Positions 9,723-19,627 of a stretch of 64,000 bases of DNA are shown here, piece by piece. A program made the translations under genes and the position numbers. The stretch comes from Escherichia phage fDHCT2: sequence record OR427838.1; one strand, written 5' to 3'. Below the pieces are notes generated by a model. It was not told where the DNA came from. It searched no databases and saw only the letters and a list, made by a program, of their open reading frames with translations. The first letter of the stretch is position 1, and each line of letters begins with the position of its first letter.

Positions 9723-10295
9723 TCAACTCGTTATTTCTATCCAGTGCTTCCTGCACAATGACACGTAAGAATCGTTGCCACCTATAGAAACTTGGGCTCC
9801 GTCCTTAATTGCGACACCATCTTGGACCCTAGCAGTCATAGTAGCTTTACGGCCGCAATGGCACACACCTTTGTACTCAACGAGTTTATCTGCCGTAGCG
9901 AGTAATTCAGCAGAACCAGGAAACAGTTTACCCTGAAAATCAGTTCTTAGCCCATAGCACATAACTGGAACATTATAATTGTCTACTATCTTTGCCAGTT
10001 GTTTTATCTGTGCAGGTTCTAAGAACTGCGCTTCATCCACAAATACACAGTGGATATCTTTTTGAGATTCAGCCCAACGATAGAACTCGTATAGGTCCAT
10101 ATCCGGAGTCACTGCATTAGCCTCTTGACTAATCCCTATACGAGACGAAATGGTATGGCTTGATTCTCTATTGTCTATCGCAGGCTTTAAAAGGAGCACG
10201 CCCATACCACGTTCTTTGTAGTTATGAGCTGCCGTTAGCAATGAAGCGGTCTTACCTGAGTTCATTGCCGCATAGTGAAACATCAAACTTGCCAT
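9723..10295 (-). CDS. tk: thymidine kinase
   Basis: P-loop NSGKTASLL, VFVDEAQF, C-terminal CxCG zinc motif; typical Tk length (190 aa). Confidence 0.9.
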   Translation of the reverse strand: MASLMFHYAAMNSGKTASLLTAAHNYKERGMGVLLLKPAIDNRESSHTISSRIGISQEANAVTPDMDLYEFYRWAESQKDIHCVFVDEAQFLEPAQIKQLAKIVDNYNVPVMCYGLRTDFQGKLFPGSAELLATADKLVEYKGVCHCGRKATMTARVQDGVAIKDGAQVSIGGNDSYVSLCRKHWIEITS

Positions 10296-10304
10296 ATCAC
10301 CTTC

Positions 10305-10511
10305 TTAAAGCGTATTCACATAAGCAATTAATTCGTTTTCTTTCTCATCAAATCTATTAGCAAATTCTTCCAGATGTTCGGCATCTATCGGGCCATATTC
10401 ATCGTAAAAAGCGTTTGCTTCTGTATGCTCATCCAAAAGCTCATGGATAAGCTCAAACAATTTATCTTTCTGTTCTTTACTCAGACTCATAACCATTGCA
10501 CCTTTAAGCAA
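10305..10511 (-). CDS. small acidic hypothetical protein
   Basis: 68-aa ORF. Confidence 0.45.
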   Translation of the reverse strand: MLKGAMVMSLSKEQKDKLFELIHELLDEHTEANAFYDEYGPIDAEHLEEFANRFDEKENELIAYVNTL

Positions 10512-10699
10512 TATTCTTCTACATGCTGTTTACGTTTATTTTTATCTATAAAAGTATATTCAACATATTCACCGATATACCATTTATCAGTGTTGTGTTG
10601 ACTTTTTATAGGGCATTTAGTTACTCGGGTTTCGGTCCAGCGCCGAATAATTTCAGCTTTATTTTTAGGGTCAAATGGATGCGGGTAATGTGCTTTCAT
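10487..10699 (-). CDS. small hypothetical protein
   Basis: 70-aa ORF. Confidence 0.4.
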   Translation of the reverse strand: MKAHYPHPFDPKNKAEIIRRWTETRVTKCPIKSQHNTDKWYIGEYVEYTFIDKNKRKQHVEEYCLKVQWL

Positions 10700-11150
10700 A
10701 ATCCACCACTATTAAATCAATATCAGGAGTAAACATGTCGATTAATTTAGAAACCTTGTCCCAATCGCCGCCAGCAATACCACAACCTATGCGCGGAATA
10801 TAAATTCTTGGTTTAAACAAAAGGGTTTCTGCTTGTAGATTTAATTCTATCATACAGTTTACTAAAGCACCGTAATCAAGATTAGGGCCTGGTTCGTATT
10901 GTGTGTATAAATTATAGCACATTGCAAATCCATTAGGCTTATGTTTAAAAGCAATAGACATATCACCCAATTTATCTCGAGAGCCGTATTCGGTAGTAGT
11001 CTTATCAATTTCTAAAATTTTAGGATAAGCCTTAGCCAATTGTCCAGCTACACCTGAACCCATAGTGTGAAAACAATTACACCCATGTGCAATAATATTA
11101 CCTTGGAGAAACAGGGCGACGATATCGCCCTTAATATAATCAATAATCAT
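10671..11150 (-). CDS. macro domain (ADP-ribose binding/processing) protein
   Basis: N-terminal IKGDIVALFLQGNIIAHGCNCFHTMGSGVAGQL resembles macro-domain Gly-rich ADP-ribose pocket. Confidence 0.55.
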   Translation of the reverse strand: MIIDYIKGDIVALFLQGNIIAHGCNCFHTMGSGVAGQLAKAYPKILEIDKTTTEYGSRDKLGDMSIAFKHKPNGFAMCYNLYTQYEPGPNLDYGALVNCMIELNLQAETLLFKPRIYIPRIGCGIAGGDWDKVSKLIDMFTPDIDLIVVDYESTLPASI

Positions 11151-11503
11151 TTAGAGTTTAGCCCTCGATTGTAAGAGTCAACGAGTCTGTCTACCATAGA
11201 CGCGCACATTTCTTTGTACTTTTTATCAGACGGAACACATTCAGTAACGTTTAGACGTTGCTCGTATCTTTTAGAAAGAGTTTTCTCTTTCATTCGGCGA
11301 TGCTCGACGTCGTTCTGTCCATCTTTAAAAGCAGCTGTTATTTTTGAACTGAATTCAATAATACATTCAGTATTACTAGGATGACAATAATCTTTTGCTG
11401 TACGGGTAGCATACTCGACAATTGAATTATTGCTATCATCAACTTGTGACGCTAATACTCCCGGAGCGATCAACATAAGCGCTATAGTCATCTGTTTAAT
11501 CAT
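11147..11503 (-). CDS. small secreted protein (signal peptide, several Cys)
   Basis: 118-aa ORF with N-terminal hydrophobic signal-like segment. Confidence 0.5.
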   Translation of the reverse strand: MIKQMTIALMLIAPGVLASQVDDSNNSIVEYATRTAKDYCHPSNTECIIEFSSKITAAFKDGQNDVEHRRMKEKTLSKRYEQRLNVTECVPSDKKYKEMCASMVDRLVDSYNRGLNSK

Positions 11504-12043
11504 TTAATATACCGCCTCAAACATCTTTTTAGATTTTAGGTAATTGGCCTTTTCTAGAACTTCAGAAGCATATTTACTGCCTGCTTTGACGTCCCAGCCC
11601 GCATTATAAGAAGCAATCGCTTTTCTCAGGTCACCTTTGTGAACACCAATCCAATAAGACAGTTCAATGTAGGCCCAAGAGGCACTGTTCTGTCGTTTTT
11701 GGACCATACGGATTATTTCTTTATCAGACATCTTCCAACCTACCTGTTGAACACGACTTCTTAACGTAGGCAAGTAATTTTGGAACATGCCATAAGCATG
11801 GTGCTTATCTTTATTTAAACCCTGATTAATTCCGGCGGATGATTCCTGCCATAGTAATCCGGCCATGATATATCCTAATCCTTTTTGATTAGGGTTTTCT
11901 TTGAACTTTCCCGACTTTTGGTATTGTTCACCGAAAGCATACGCATAATGTAAATTATCGAGTTGTTCATTACTGAAAGTAGGCTCTACGCTATGGGCAG
12001 ACATACTAACTGTCAATAGTAAAGTGGCTAATACTTTTTTCAT
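11504..12043 (-). CDS. secreted lytic-transglycosylase-like protein
   Basis: Signal peptide; motifs WQESSAG, YGMFQ, SYNAGW suggestive of SLT fold. Confidence 0.45.
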   Translation of the reverse strand: MKKVLATLLLTVSMSAHSVEPTFSNEQLDNLHYAYAFGEQYQKSGKFKENPNQKGLGYIMAGLLWQESSAGINQGLNKDKHHAYGMFQNYLPTLRSRVQQVGWKMSDKEIIRMVQKRQNSASWAYIELSYWIGVHKGDLRKAIASYNAGWDVKAGSKYASEVLEKANYLKSKKMFEAVY

Positions 12044-12055
12044 GAGACCTCATTA

Positions 12056-12514
12056 TTAAAGATAGATTACTTTCGTGCTGGTTTTACCTTCTAAACGTTT
12101 AGAGTTAACAAATGCCATACGACATTTTAATGAATATCCTTTATCAGGATGTTTACGATCTACGGTCATACCTAGCCATAAGGTTTTATCGGTAATTTCG
12201 AGACGCAATGGACGATACACTTTACCAGGGACAATTTCGGATTCTACATCAGGCAGAGGTTCCTGGATTAAGAATTCATGGATTTCTTTAACATGGTTAT
12301 GGAGTTGCTTGAATAAAGCAAAAACGTATTTTTCGTCGATTTCACGTTGGATAGCACGGTCCAACAAGTGATTAGAGTACTTAATAAAGAAAGCTGGGAC
12401 ACCGCTCTTGATGGCGGCTTTTTTGATGGACGCGTTAAGTTCACGAAATTCGGTTTCGAACTGACGACGTAATTTGTTGCGGCGGATGAATACTTCTGAA
12501 TTAATTTCTGACAT
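12056..12514 (-). CDS. regB: RegB endoribonuclease
   Basis: Close match to recalled T4 RegB (EVFIRRNKLRR...YSLKCRMA); start ATG 12514 with GGAG SD; early promoter 12543-12571. Confidence 0.85.
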   Translation of the reverse strand: MSEINSEVFIRRNKLRRQFETEFRELNASIKKAAIKSGVPAFFIKYSNHLLDRAIQREIDEKYVFALFKQLHNHVKEIHEFLIQEPLPDVESEIVPGKVYRPLRLEITDKTLWLGMTVDRKHPDKGYSLKCRMAFVNSKRLEGKTSTKVIYL

Positions 12515-12542
12515 TTTGTAATCTCCTGTAGTTGATAGGTTT

Positions 12543-12571
12543 ATAGTATCATGTCTACAGGAGATGTAAAC
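12543..12571 (-). promoter_or_regulatory. early promoter of regB
   Basis: GTTTAC-17-TACTAT then GGAG SD and regB ATG. Confidence 0.65.
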
Positions 12572-12575
12572 AGCT

Positions 12576-12854
12576 TTAGTACTTTTCTTCCGGTTGGAAC
12601 ACGGAACGACAAGCCCACATACTAGCTTCTTTAAGACGGTCAATTGCATTACGAATCTGGGTAATGCGTTCATGAGCCTGGTCTAGTTCTTGTTCAGAAA
12701 CCTCTTCGGTATCTAAGTTCATATAATAGGTAACATGTTCTTCTTCTAGAGCTTTAAACATCAGCCCTAACCGAACTTCAGCATCTTTAATGGCATTCAC
12801 TTTACCGATTTTATCGTCGGTATGTGGCTTGTAACCTTTGATATCTTCAATCAT
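12576..12854 (-). CDS. hypothetical protein (92 aa)
   Basis: ORF in array. Confidence 0.45.
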   Translation of the reverse strand: MIEDIKGYKPHTDDKIGKVNAIKDAEVRLGLMFKALEEEHVTYYMNLDTEEVSEQELDQAHERITQIRNAIDRLKEASMWACRSVFQPEEKY

Positions 12855-13069
12855 TTCACTTCCTCATCAGATGCAATATCATATTCTACAAAACGAAGGC
12901 CATCGTATCCACCACTAACAGAGATATACGTAGTCGGGTAAACAATTTCTTTACCATTCCATTGGCCGCCGTCCCAACATTCCAAAAAGCCTTGTTCGCC
13001 TTGTTCGTGGAACCAATCAACAAACATCTTCAGAGCTTCATCAGAGCCTTCAATTGCCAATTTAGACAT
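12851..13069 (-). CDS. small acidic hypothetical protein
   Basis: 72-aa ORF, overlapping stops and starts. Confidence 0.45.
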   Translation of the reverse strand: MSKLAIEGSDEALKMFVDWFHEQGEQGFLECWDGGQWNGKEIVYPTTYISVSGGYDGLRFVEYDIASDEEVK

Positions 13070-13358
13070 ATTTCTTCCAGCCAGAAATCATATGAATCTC
13101 TTGGTCGTATGTCAAGAGACTACGAGTTATAATACCCTTACAAGGCCCTGAGATGAACTCGAGAGTGAAGTAAGGAACCTGTTTCATTAATCGGATACTA
13201 GGAGCATGACATCTAAAACGAGAGCCCTTAAAGGGCCCTGACATGAATACATATTCTAATGGATAGAAATAAGCATATTCGAAATTTGCAGTAAGGTCCT
13301 CTCTTCGAACCTTACGTGAGAAATAACAGAACTCAAAAAGTTCTTCATCAGTCATCAT
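13062..13358 (-). CDS. hypothetical protein (98 aa)
   Basis: ORF in array. Confidence 0.45.
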   Translation of the reverse strand: MMTDEELFEFCYFSRKVRREDLTANFEYAYFYPLEYVFMSGPFKGSRFRCHAPSIRLMKQVPYFTLEFISGPCKGIITRSLLTYDQEIHMISGWKKYV

Positions 13359-13882
13359 TGCATTCCTATCACAAAGAACAGCGGCAGAGGTTTAGAACCC
13401 TGGCACATAAATTTGTTAATCATTACCTGGTAAGCTTCATAGAACTTATCCATCGATGGAAGGCGCATTGGCTCTTCGATAATAATCAATAATCGAGTAA
13501 CTGATAGACCACGATACTTATGGAAGTTATCTTCGTCTAAAAATGATCGCACGGTATCATATACAATAAACCCAGGACCTTCTACTTGAAGATGTGGATG
13601 AGCCTTAGAAACCCTTTTTATTACATTACAGATTTCGCGTGACCGGTGCGAAGAACTCGACATAACAATCACATCATTACCCTTGGAAACCCAATCAGCT
13701 GCGAACTGGGCAAGGGCACTTGTTTTACCTGTTTGGCGCCCGCCGTCAAGTCGAAGAGTACCAAACTCTTGCATTCTTGAAGTAGGTTCGTACCAGGTGT
13801 ATTGGTTTGAGTCTAAACGTTCAATGGCGCGTTCAGCGAAGGCGTGCATTAAGGTTAGATAAATGGGAGTTAAAAATTTCAT
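13355..13882 (-). CDS. small P-loop NTPase-like protein (GGRQTGKTS)
   Basis: Walker A-like motif in 175-aa ORF. Confidence 0.5.
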   Translation of the reverse strand: MKFLTPIYLTLMHAFAERAIERLDSNQYTWYEPTSRMQEFGTLRLDGGRQTGKTSALAQFAADWVSKGNDVIVMSSSSHRSREICNVIKRVSKAHPHLQVEGPGFIVYDTVRSFLDEDNFHKYRGLSVTRLLIIIEEPMRLPSMDKFYEAYQVMINKFMCQGSKPLPLFFVIGMQ

Positions 13883-14042
13883 AGTGGTCTCTTAGTTGTG
13901 GGGCCATTCCTTGGCACATAATTCATCCATGTATCCGTATGTAAACCCTTTACCGCACTTGGGCTCGACCTTATTACAGGTAGGGAAAGGTCCATCACTC
14001 AGAGGACGCGACGTTCATGAGGAGAGGGCCGGCTTGCCTTTA

Positions 14043-14342
14043 TTAGAAAGAACCAGAACCTCTAATTGTGTTCTGGCGACCTTTATTTTCCAATTCGGAA
14101 TGGTCGATTTCGTAGGCTTGTGCTACACCAAAAGCCTTTTTAACTTTAGCTAAAGAGCCTTTAGATGTAACAATATTAAAAGTATTACCTTTGGTAAAAT
14201 CAACCAAATCCACTTGTACACCTTGTTTACCGAGGCTTGCTACAATAGCATCAACATATTCTTGGTCTAAGGTGCCTTGGACGCCTATTTGGAATGCTTT
14301 AGGAGCTTTGGCTTCTGTAATAAATTCTTGATAAGTTTTCAT
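14043..14342 (-). CDS. internal-protein-like head protein with capsid targeting sequence ([10 protein letters not shown])
   Basis: N-terminal [11 protein letters not shown] matches the T4 IP capsid-targeting sequence; own promoter 14367-14396. Confidence 0.65.
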   Translation of the reverse strand: MKTYQEFITEAKAPKAFQIGVQGTLDQEYVDAIVASLGKQGVQVDLVDFTKGNTFNIVTSKGSLAKVKKAFGVAQAYEIDHSELENKGRQNTIRGSGSF

Positions 14343-14366
14343 ATTATTCCTTAAGTTGATAGAAGT

Positions 14367-14396
14367 ATTCTACCACGGATTTAATTAAGCGTAAAT
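14367..14396 (-). promoter_or_regulatory. early promoter (-35 ATTTAC, -10 TAGAAT) of IP-like gene
   Basis: Minus-strand hexamers with 18-nt spacer. Confidence 0.5.
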
Positions 14397-14801
14397 AGCC
14401 TTGCCATAGTGTTTGTACCAGGTAGGACGTTGTGCAATTTTTTCATCCAAACGGGCTTGTGAAATAGCGATAGAAGCTTCGTGAGGAACATAATCACCAC
14501 GGAATTCCTGAGGAATATCACTAATGTCCTGGACTGTAGTATCCTTGATATTAAAGCCACGTTTTAAACATTCGGTTATAAGCTCGATTTGACGCTTACG
14601 TAAAAATTCAAGCTTATCGTAAAAGAATGTAACATGGCCTGTACCAAGGATAAAAGTAGGGCTGATTTTAAAATCACGAACGCGTTTACCGTTAGCAACA
14701 TGCTTACGAACTGCACCGAAAACACGTGGTAATTCACGATATTCAGCCATTAAGTGTTGGTCAGCCAATTCAGATACTAAGGTAAGGTTGATACGAGTCA
14801 T
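14385..14801 (-). CDS. denV: endonuclease V (pyrimidine dimer DNA glycosylase)
   Basis: 138-aa protein near-identical to recalled T4 endo V ([28 protein letters not shown]...). Confidence 0.95.
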   Translation of the reverse strand: MTRINLTLVSELADQHLMAEYRELPRVFGAVRKHVANGKRVRDFKISPTFILGTGHVTFFYDKLEFLRKRQIELITECLKRGFNIKDTTVQDISDIPQEFRGDYVPHEASIAISQARLDEKIAQRPTWYKHYGKAIYA

Positions 14802-14861
14802 TTTAGTGTTCTCCGTGTTTGTATGAGAACACTATATCACAGCTATCGTAAAAGTAAACTA

Positions 14862-15164
14862 TTATTTACCTTTAATTGCTTTAGCTGCTTCGGTAGCCGC
14901 TTGCTGAAGGTCATCCATAGTCATGCCGAACTTAGAAGCAAAGTTATCAATTTTCTTTTCGACAGAATTCAAAGGCTTGGCCTGTTTACCTTCATTAGCG
15001 CCAGGAAGAGCGAGAATACGCTCTTTGTCAATATAAAGGCTTACAAGTTTCTTACGGTCTTTATCGGACAAATCATGAAATGAATGAGCCTTTTTATTTA
15101 TAGCGGCTTCTAATTTACCCGCAGTTACGCGGGCTTCAGTGATAAATTCTTGATAGGTTTTCAT
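14862..15164 (-). CDS. ipII: internal protein II-like ([13 protein letters not shown])
   Basis: CTS at N-terminus, 100 aa, position between denV and ipIII. Confidence 0.7.
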   Translation of the reverse strand: MKTYQEFITEARVTAGKLEAAINKKAHSFHDLSDKDRKKLVSLYIDKERILALPGANEGKQAKPLNSVEKKIDNFASKFGMTMDDLQQAATEAAKAIKGK

Positions 15165-15205
15165 ATGTTTCCTTTAAATGTAAATAGGCCTAAGTATCGG
15201 CCTTA

Positions 15206-15802
15206 TTAATTACCACGGGCTGCATTAGCAACGGCGTAAGCGTACTGAATATTAGCGTCTTTAAACGTACCTTTAGAGGTATCTATTTCTGCCTTAAAGC
15301 CGCCTTTAGCCATAACATCGGCAAATTCTTTACGGAAAGCCATTGCATCAAGACCTTTCCATGATGATTTGTGCTTGGCAAATTCAAGACCAGCGAAGTT
15401 GACAGCCTTAGCCAATTTATTATCAATAGTCCATTTACCTGCTTTAGGTACAACTACCGGGCCTTTTTGTTTAGAGAACAGTTTTAAATTCCAGCGACGA
15501 AGGTCGCCGTCAGCTTTAACAAAAGCTGCGTCCAAGTTACTAGCAACAACATCCTGAATATGGCCAAATTTAAGCCCATCAGCTTCAATATTTAGGTCGT
15601 TACGCCAGCGAAGTCCTTCCCAGGCGAAAGCTTTAAAGTCAGAAGCTTTTGTAGCTAAATACCGTTCAATAGGAGCTGTTTTAGCGTCAAAACCATTTCC
15701 TGGGTTGTCAACGCCGTTTCCTCGGTAGGTCCACTCATCTTTATTAATGCCTTGGACCTTTCCTACAGAAGCTTCGGCGATAAATTCTTTATACGTTTTC
15801 AT
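15206..15802 (-). CDS. ipIII: internal protein III-like (CTS MKTYKEFIAE)
   Basis: CTS at N-terminus, 198 aa, adjacent to e. Confidence 0.7.
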   Translation of the reverse strand: MKTYKEFIAEASVGKVQGINKDEWTYRGNGVDNPGNGFDAKTAPIERYLATKASDFKAFAWEGLRWRNDLNIEADGLKFGHIQDVVASNLDAAFVKADGDLRRWNLKLFSKQKGPVVVPKAGKWTIDNKLAKAVNFAGLEFAKHKSSWKGLDAMAFRKEFADVMAKGGFKAEIDTSKGTFKDANIQYAYAVANAARGN

Positions 15803-15855
15803 ACGGGTTCCTTAAAGGTAAATATTTTAATTAGTCTGTTCAAGTAACTGTATAT

Positions 15856-15884
15856 ATACTATCACAATTCTAGGAGATGTAAAC
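15856..15884 (-). promoter_or_regulatory. early promoter of ipIII
   Basis: GTTTAC-17-TAGTAT. Confidence 0.55.
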
Positions 15885-15888
15885 TGCT

Positions 15889-16377
15889 TTATCTATAAGC
15901 AGCCCAAGTACCTGTTTTAAATGTTGAAATCACGCGCTTAGCACGATTAGGAGTTTGTTTATACCAACGGGATTGAGCCAGGTTAACTGCGGCATCATCC
16001 CAACGTTTCTGTTGGAGCATACGCAGAGAGTTGGTAAATCCTGCTACACCAGCTTCGCCCATTTGGAAGACCATGTTAATTAAAGCACAACGACGAACTT
16101 CGTCCAGCACATCATAAACAGGTTTCAATTTAGGATTACGCAGAATAGCTCTACGAGCATTATCAACCGACCGGTTAAAGAGTTGTTCTGCTTCAGCCAT
16201 AGTAATACGACCATTACAAACTCGACCCATAAGCTTATCAAGTTCAGCGCGGGCAACATCTTTAGATGGGTTCTTGGTAACTAACTGGCCAATACCAATA
16301 GTCCAATAACCTTCAGTGTCTTTATAAAGATTTAAATCAAGACCTTCGTCTTGACGTAACATATCAAAAATATCCAT
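15889..16377 (-). CDS. e: endolysin, T4 lysozyme family
   Basis: [13 protein letters not shown]...[15 protein letters not shown], about 75% identity to recalled T4 lysozyme. Confidence 0.95.
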   Translation of the reverse strand: MDIFDMLRQDEGLDLNLYKDTEGYWTIGIGQLVTKNPSKDVARAELDKLMGRVCNGRITMAEAEQLFNRSVDNARRAILRNPKLKPVYDVLDEVRRCALINMVFQMGEAGVAGFTNSLRMLQQKRWDDAAVNLAQSRWYKQTPNRAKRVISTFKTGTWAAYR

Positions 16378-16407
16378 AATACCTCCTGAGTATAGGAGGT
16401 ATTTATA

Positions 16408-16857
16408 TCAAAAGAGCGAATCTAAAACCTTAAACATCGACGGGCCCATGACATATTTCCATTGTGGACGTTTAATCAAGGCAAAAGCATCGAATTCAGG
16501 AATCGTACGACCATCAGGGAACGTATGGTAAGCTGTACATTTGCAATCCTTGAACTGCTCGTGTTCGACAGGCACAGTATATAAGAACAGGTGTAGATTC
16601 TTATTGCTAGAATATTTGAACTCACCTAGGTCTTTCAGGAATGCAGGATCGTATGCCGTGAATCCAATCTCTTCTTCGGTTTCACGCATTGCGGCTTGAA
16701 TAGGCTCTTCGCCTGGTTCTACATGACCTTTAGGAATGTCCCATTTATGACGCATGTTCTCTGGATTACGAGAGCCTGTTACACGACCCATAACTAGTTC
16801 TTTATCAACGGTCATGAACAAAATACCGGCAGATAGTTCTTTCACTTTCTTACTCAT
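16408..16857 (-). CDS. nudE: Nudix hydrolase
   Basis: Nudix box GHVEPGEEPIQAAMRETEEEIG; start trimmed to ATG 16857 (MSKKVKEL). Confidence 0.8.
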   Translation of the reverse strand: MSKKVKELSAGILFMTVDKELVMGRVTGSRNPENMRHKWDIPKGHVEPGEEPIQAAMRETEEEIGFTAYDPAFLKDLGEFKYSSNKNLHLFLYTVPVEHEQFKDCKCTAYHTFPDGRTIPEFDAFALIKRPQWKYVMGPSMFKVLDSLF

Positions 16858-17086
16858 CGTCTCGTTTCCATGATTGGTTAAAAATATCTTGCATAATAAT
16901 TTGAAGTCTATTTTCTGATGATGGACTTTCACTATCAGACACTTGAAGCATATAGTCACCAATAGGACAGAACATATCCATATCGCTTTCTAAGTCTTCT
17001 TTAATTTTCTCTTCTGATGTTCCGGTGTCATAGGAATACAGATAAGAATCACATGACTCAGATTTAATATAAATTGCAATACTCAT
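16850..17086 (-). CDS. small acidic hypothetical protein
   Basis: 78-aa ORF. Confidence 0.45.
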   Translation of the reverse strand: MSIAIYIKSESCDSYLYSYDTGTSEEKIKEDLESDMDMFCPIGDYMLQVSDSESPSSENRLQIIMQDIFNQSWKRDDE

Positions 17087-17676
17087 TTACGGCATTCCTT
17101 AATAAACTCATTTAAATTATGTTTGTTTTTACCTTCGTCGTAAAGACGTTGTTGACGACGTAAACGCCATGGCATTTCAATAGCCAAGCACCAAATACTT
17201 AAAGCAGCGCCAGCTGTGAAAAGATTCATTAATCCGGCGCCAATAATAGTTCGTTCTAGCGCATCATTCCAGTTAGCATCGATTAAAAATGAACTCAACA
17301 CTAACATTGGAAGTAAAGTAATAAAATACGCTACAACATATCGTCCGAACGTAAGCCATTCAGTATCGATGAGCTTAGCCTTTCCATCTTGGAGACAAAT
17401 ATACTTATCGTCAGTGCGGGTGATTTTCTTTACCGGTTGCCAACCATTTACGATATAACCCATTCTGAACTCCTCAATTAAAAGCTGTTTCATTTCGGCA
17501 GTACAACCTGACCAATCTATTGTACTGGCTGAAATTCCTTCATCACCGTCATCGATATTTCGCCAGGACTTTTTAATAATCATAGTCTCACCACTTGGGA
17601 TAATAATTCCGGCATTTTCCGACCGACGGATGAAGTTTGTATCAATACCCATACAACCAGGTTCATAAAGGGCCAT
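17083..17676 (-). CDS. membrane protein (2 TM helices, basic C-terminal tail)
   Basis: 197-aa ORF, hydrophobic helices, C-terminal NEFIKECRK. Confidence 0.5.
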   Translation of the reverse strand: MALYEPGCMGIDTNFIRRSENAGIIIPSGETMIIKKSWRNIDDGDEGISASTIDWSGCTAEMKQLLIEEFRMGYIVNGWQPVKKITRTDDKYICLQDGKAKLIDTEWLTFGRYVVAYFITLLPMLVLSSFLIDANWNDALERTIIGAGLMNLFTAGAALSIWCLAIEMPWRLRRQQRLYDEGKNKHNLNEFIKECRK

Positions 17677-18362
17677 TACCAGCCCTCCATAGGAAATTCC
17701 AGATATACTTGAGCATTAACGCGGATTTCATTTGTAATCTTTTTAACACGGTCGGTATTACGAGACACACGACCAAACCAGCGCCACCCGTTACTTACTG
17801 CACGAGAACCTGTATGCCATGTTTGCCAATCAAACTGGAGTAACGTGCGGTCAGGAGCATCCCACTTGGTTAATTCATTGGACTCAATTTTTTCCAGAAC
17901 TTCTTTATGCCACTGGCGATAGATAAGTTCGCCTTCAGGAATCTGACTGAACTGTGCAGTTCCGGTTGCAAAATGAGTAGGACACACATCAGCATTAACA
18001 AGACCAAGAATATGTTCAGAATGGTATCGAGGATTATCATAATCAGGTTGCCCTGCGGTAATAAAGTGTTGACCCACCGGAATATCTGGACGTGGTACAT
18101 CATCATGGTGGAAGCCTGGAATTGCAGGGTACCAGCCGGGCATTAACATGTGTACACGGGAATCAAATACGCATTCAACGGCTTTCCACTCATCAGGGAG
18201 ATTAGTAATAAAGCTACGAGTAATAGGACCACCATTTTGTGCAGCAAAATTCAAATCACAGTTAAAGAACATAGGCTCGTTTTTAATATCATCATTAGAA
18301 ATATGACCTGCAAAACCACCTACTGCACGAGCTTTAGAATTAAAAGTTTTTGGACCGTTCAT
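17676..18362 (-). CDS. hypothetical His/Asp-rich protein, possible metal-dependent enzyme
   Basis: 228-aa ORF with FHHDD and further His clusters; function not assignable. Confidence 0.4.
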   Translation of the reverse strand: MNGPKTFNSKARAVGGFAGHISNDDIKNEPMFFNCDLNFAAQNGGPITRSFITNLPDEWKAVECVFDSRVHMLMPGWYPAIPGFHHDDVPRPDIPVGQHFITAGQPDYDNPRYHSEHILGLVNADVCPTHFATGTAQFSQIPEGELIYRQWHKEVLEKIESNELTKWDAPDRTLLQFDWQTWHTGSRAVSNGWRWFGRVSRNTDRVKKITNEIRVNAQVYLEFPMEGW

Positions 18363-18376
18363 AATATTTTCCTCAC

Positions 18377-18589
18377 TTACTTTTTATTGAAAAAGTACAT
18401 TTTACCTTTAGGAGATAAGGATACACGAAGGGCGTTACCAATACCAACTGAACATTTAACCAGGTCAGCAGATTTCAATTCACCAAATGCTTGACGAAGG
18501 TCTCCATCACGAGTGTTAACCATCAGGCATTTAGCACCAGCTGCACGAACTTCGTTTAACATGTTGATTGCTTGGTTAGAAAGTTTCAT
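18377..18589 (-). CDS. small hypothetical protein
   Basis: Trimmed to ATG 18589 (MKLSNQ) because early promoter 18626-18654 lies inside the longer track ORF. Confidence 0.5.
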   Translation of the reverse strand: MKLSNQAINMLNEVRAAGAKCLMVNTRDGDLRQAFGELKSADLVKCSVGIGNALRVSLSPKGKMYFFNKK

Positions 18590-18625
18590 TTTATTCTCCA
18601 TTTCACTCTGTTGTTTTGATAGGTC

Positions 18626-18654
18626 TATAGTATCACACCTATAGACCTTGTACA
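18626..18654 (-). promoter_or_regulatory. early promoter (-35 GTGTAC, -10 TACTAT)
   Basis: Conserved module; lies inside the long track ORF, supporting the shorter gene call. Confidence 0.55.
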
Positions 18655-18667
18655 CTGTTTTGTGCAA

Positions 18668-19627
18668 TTATTTTTCGAAAGGACGAATTAAATGATGGTT
18701 ATCTTGGAAACGCTTGATGTAGTCGTTTTCACCTAAAGTCTTATACATATTCACTACAGCTTGGTAGTTTTCCCAGGCGTACTCGCGGAACCAACCTGAA
18801 GTGATTGAGGTACACACTTTCTCAAGAGCCATATAAAAACTTAATGATGGTGAAATATTGAAGTCATTAGGAACCTGTGAACGTTCTAGTGCCAGGACAC
18901 AAGTTTCTTCATATACACCAGCCAGTTTAATAGCTTCAGGCAAAGCCTCGAACTTCTCACGAGAGGTCATGACTTCAGAACCTTCCTTCATATAAAAGGT
19001 ATATGCAGGGCGTCCAGCCAATGCTACTGCTTCATGAATAGAGTCATGGTCCAGCGTATAAATGGTATCATTAAAGAACGATGATTTGTTTACGTCCAAT
19101 TTAGGGTGAGAATAGCTCAACGTTTCTTTTTGACGTTGCAACATAATTTCCCGGAGTTCTTCGTTCAGGGTGATACCTTTATTACGAAGGTATTTGATGT
19201 GGGACATAGTTTTCAAGAAGAACGGATTATTCTTCAGGAAACGATGAGAGGTTTTGATAGCCAGACAGATATCAGGGGTTGCCCAATAGAAACCAGTAAG
19301 ACGGTCCTTTTTAATATGATTTTCAGCATATTTCAGGAGACGATAACTTGAAGTGAAATCTTCGTCTTGAAGCTCGCCAGTAATTTCTCGTACGTTAGTC
19401 AGAGCACGGACAATATAAGCTTCAAAATAGGTTTCTTTACCATTGTACATACATTTAAAGGCCTGGACATCAGGGTTATCCACAGGAACATGAGCGCCGA
19501 ACATCCGGGCTTTAAAGTGATTCCATGAGCCTTGGTCGGCAATGAAATCCCAATCAGAATTTTCGATATGCTTACTTTCAATCAGACCAGCGTGGTGCAG
19601 TGCACGAGAACCAATAACTAGCATCAT
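18668..19627 (-). CDS. hypothetical protein (319 aa)
   Basis: Long ORF. Confidence 0.55.
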   Translation of the reverse strand: MMLVIGSRALHHAGLIESKHIENSDWDFIADQGSWNHFKARMFGAHVPVDNPDVQAFKCMYNGKETYFEAYIVRALTNVREITGELQDEDFTSSYRLLKYAENHIKKDRLTGFYWATPDICLAIKTSHRFLKNNPFFLKTMSHIKYLRNKGITLNEELREIMLQRQKETLSYSHPKLDVNKSSFFNDTIYTLDHDSIHEAVALAGRPAYTFYMKEGSEVMTSREKFEALPEAIKLAGVYEETCVLALERSQVPNDFNISPSLSFYMALEKVCTSITSGWFREYAWENYQAVVNMYKTLGENDYIKRFQDNHHLIRPFEK

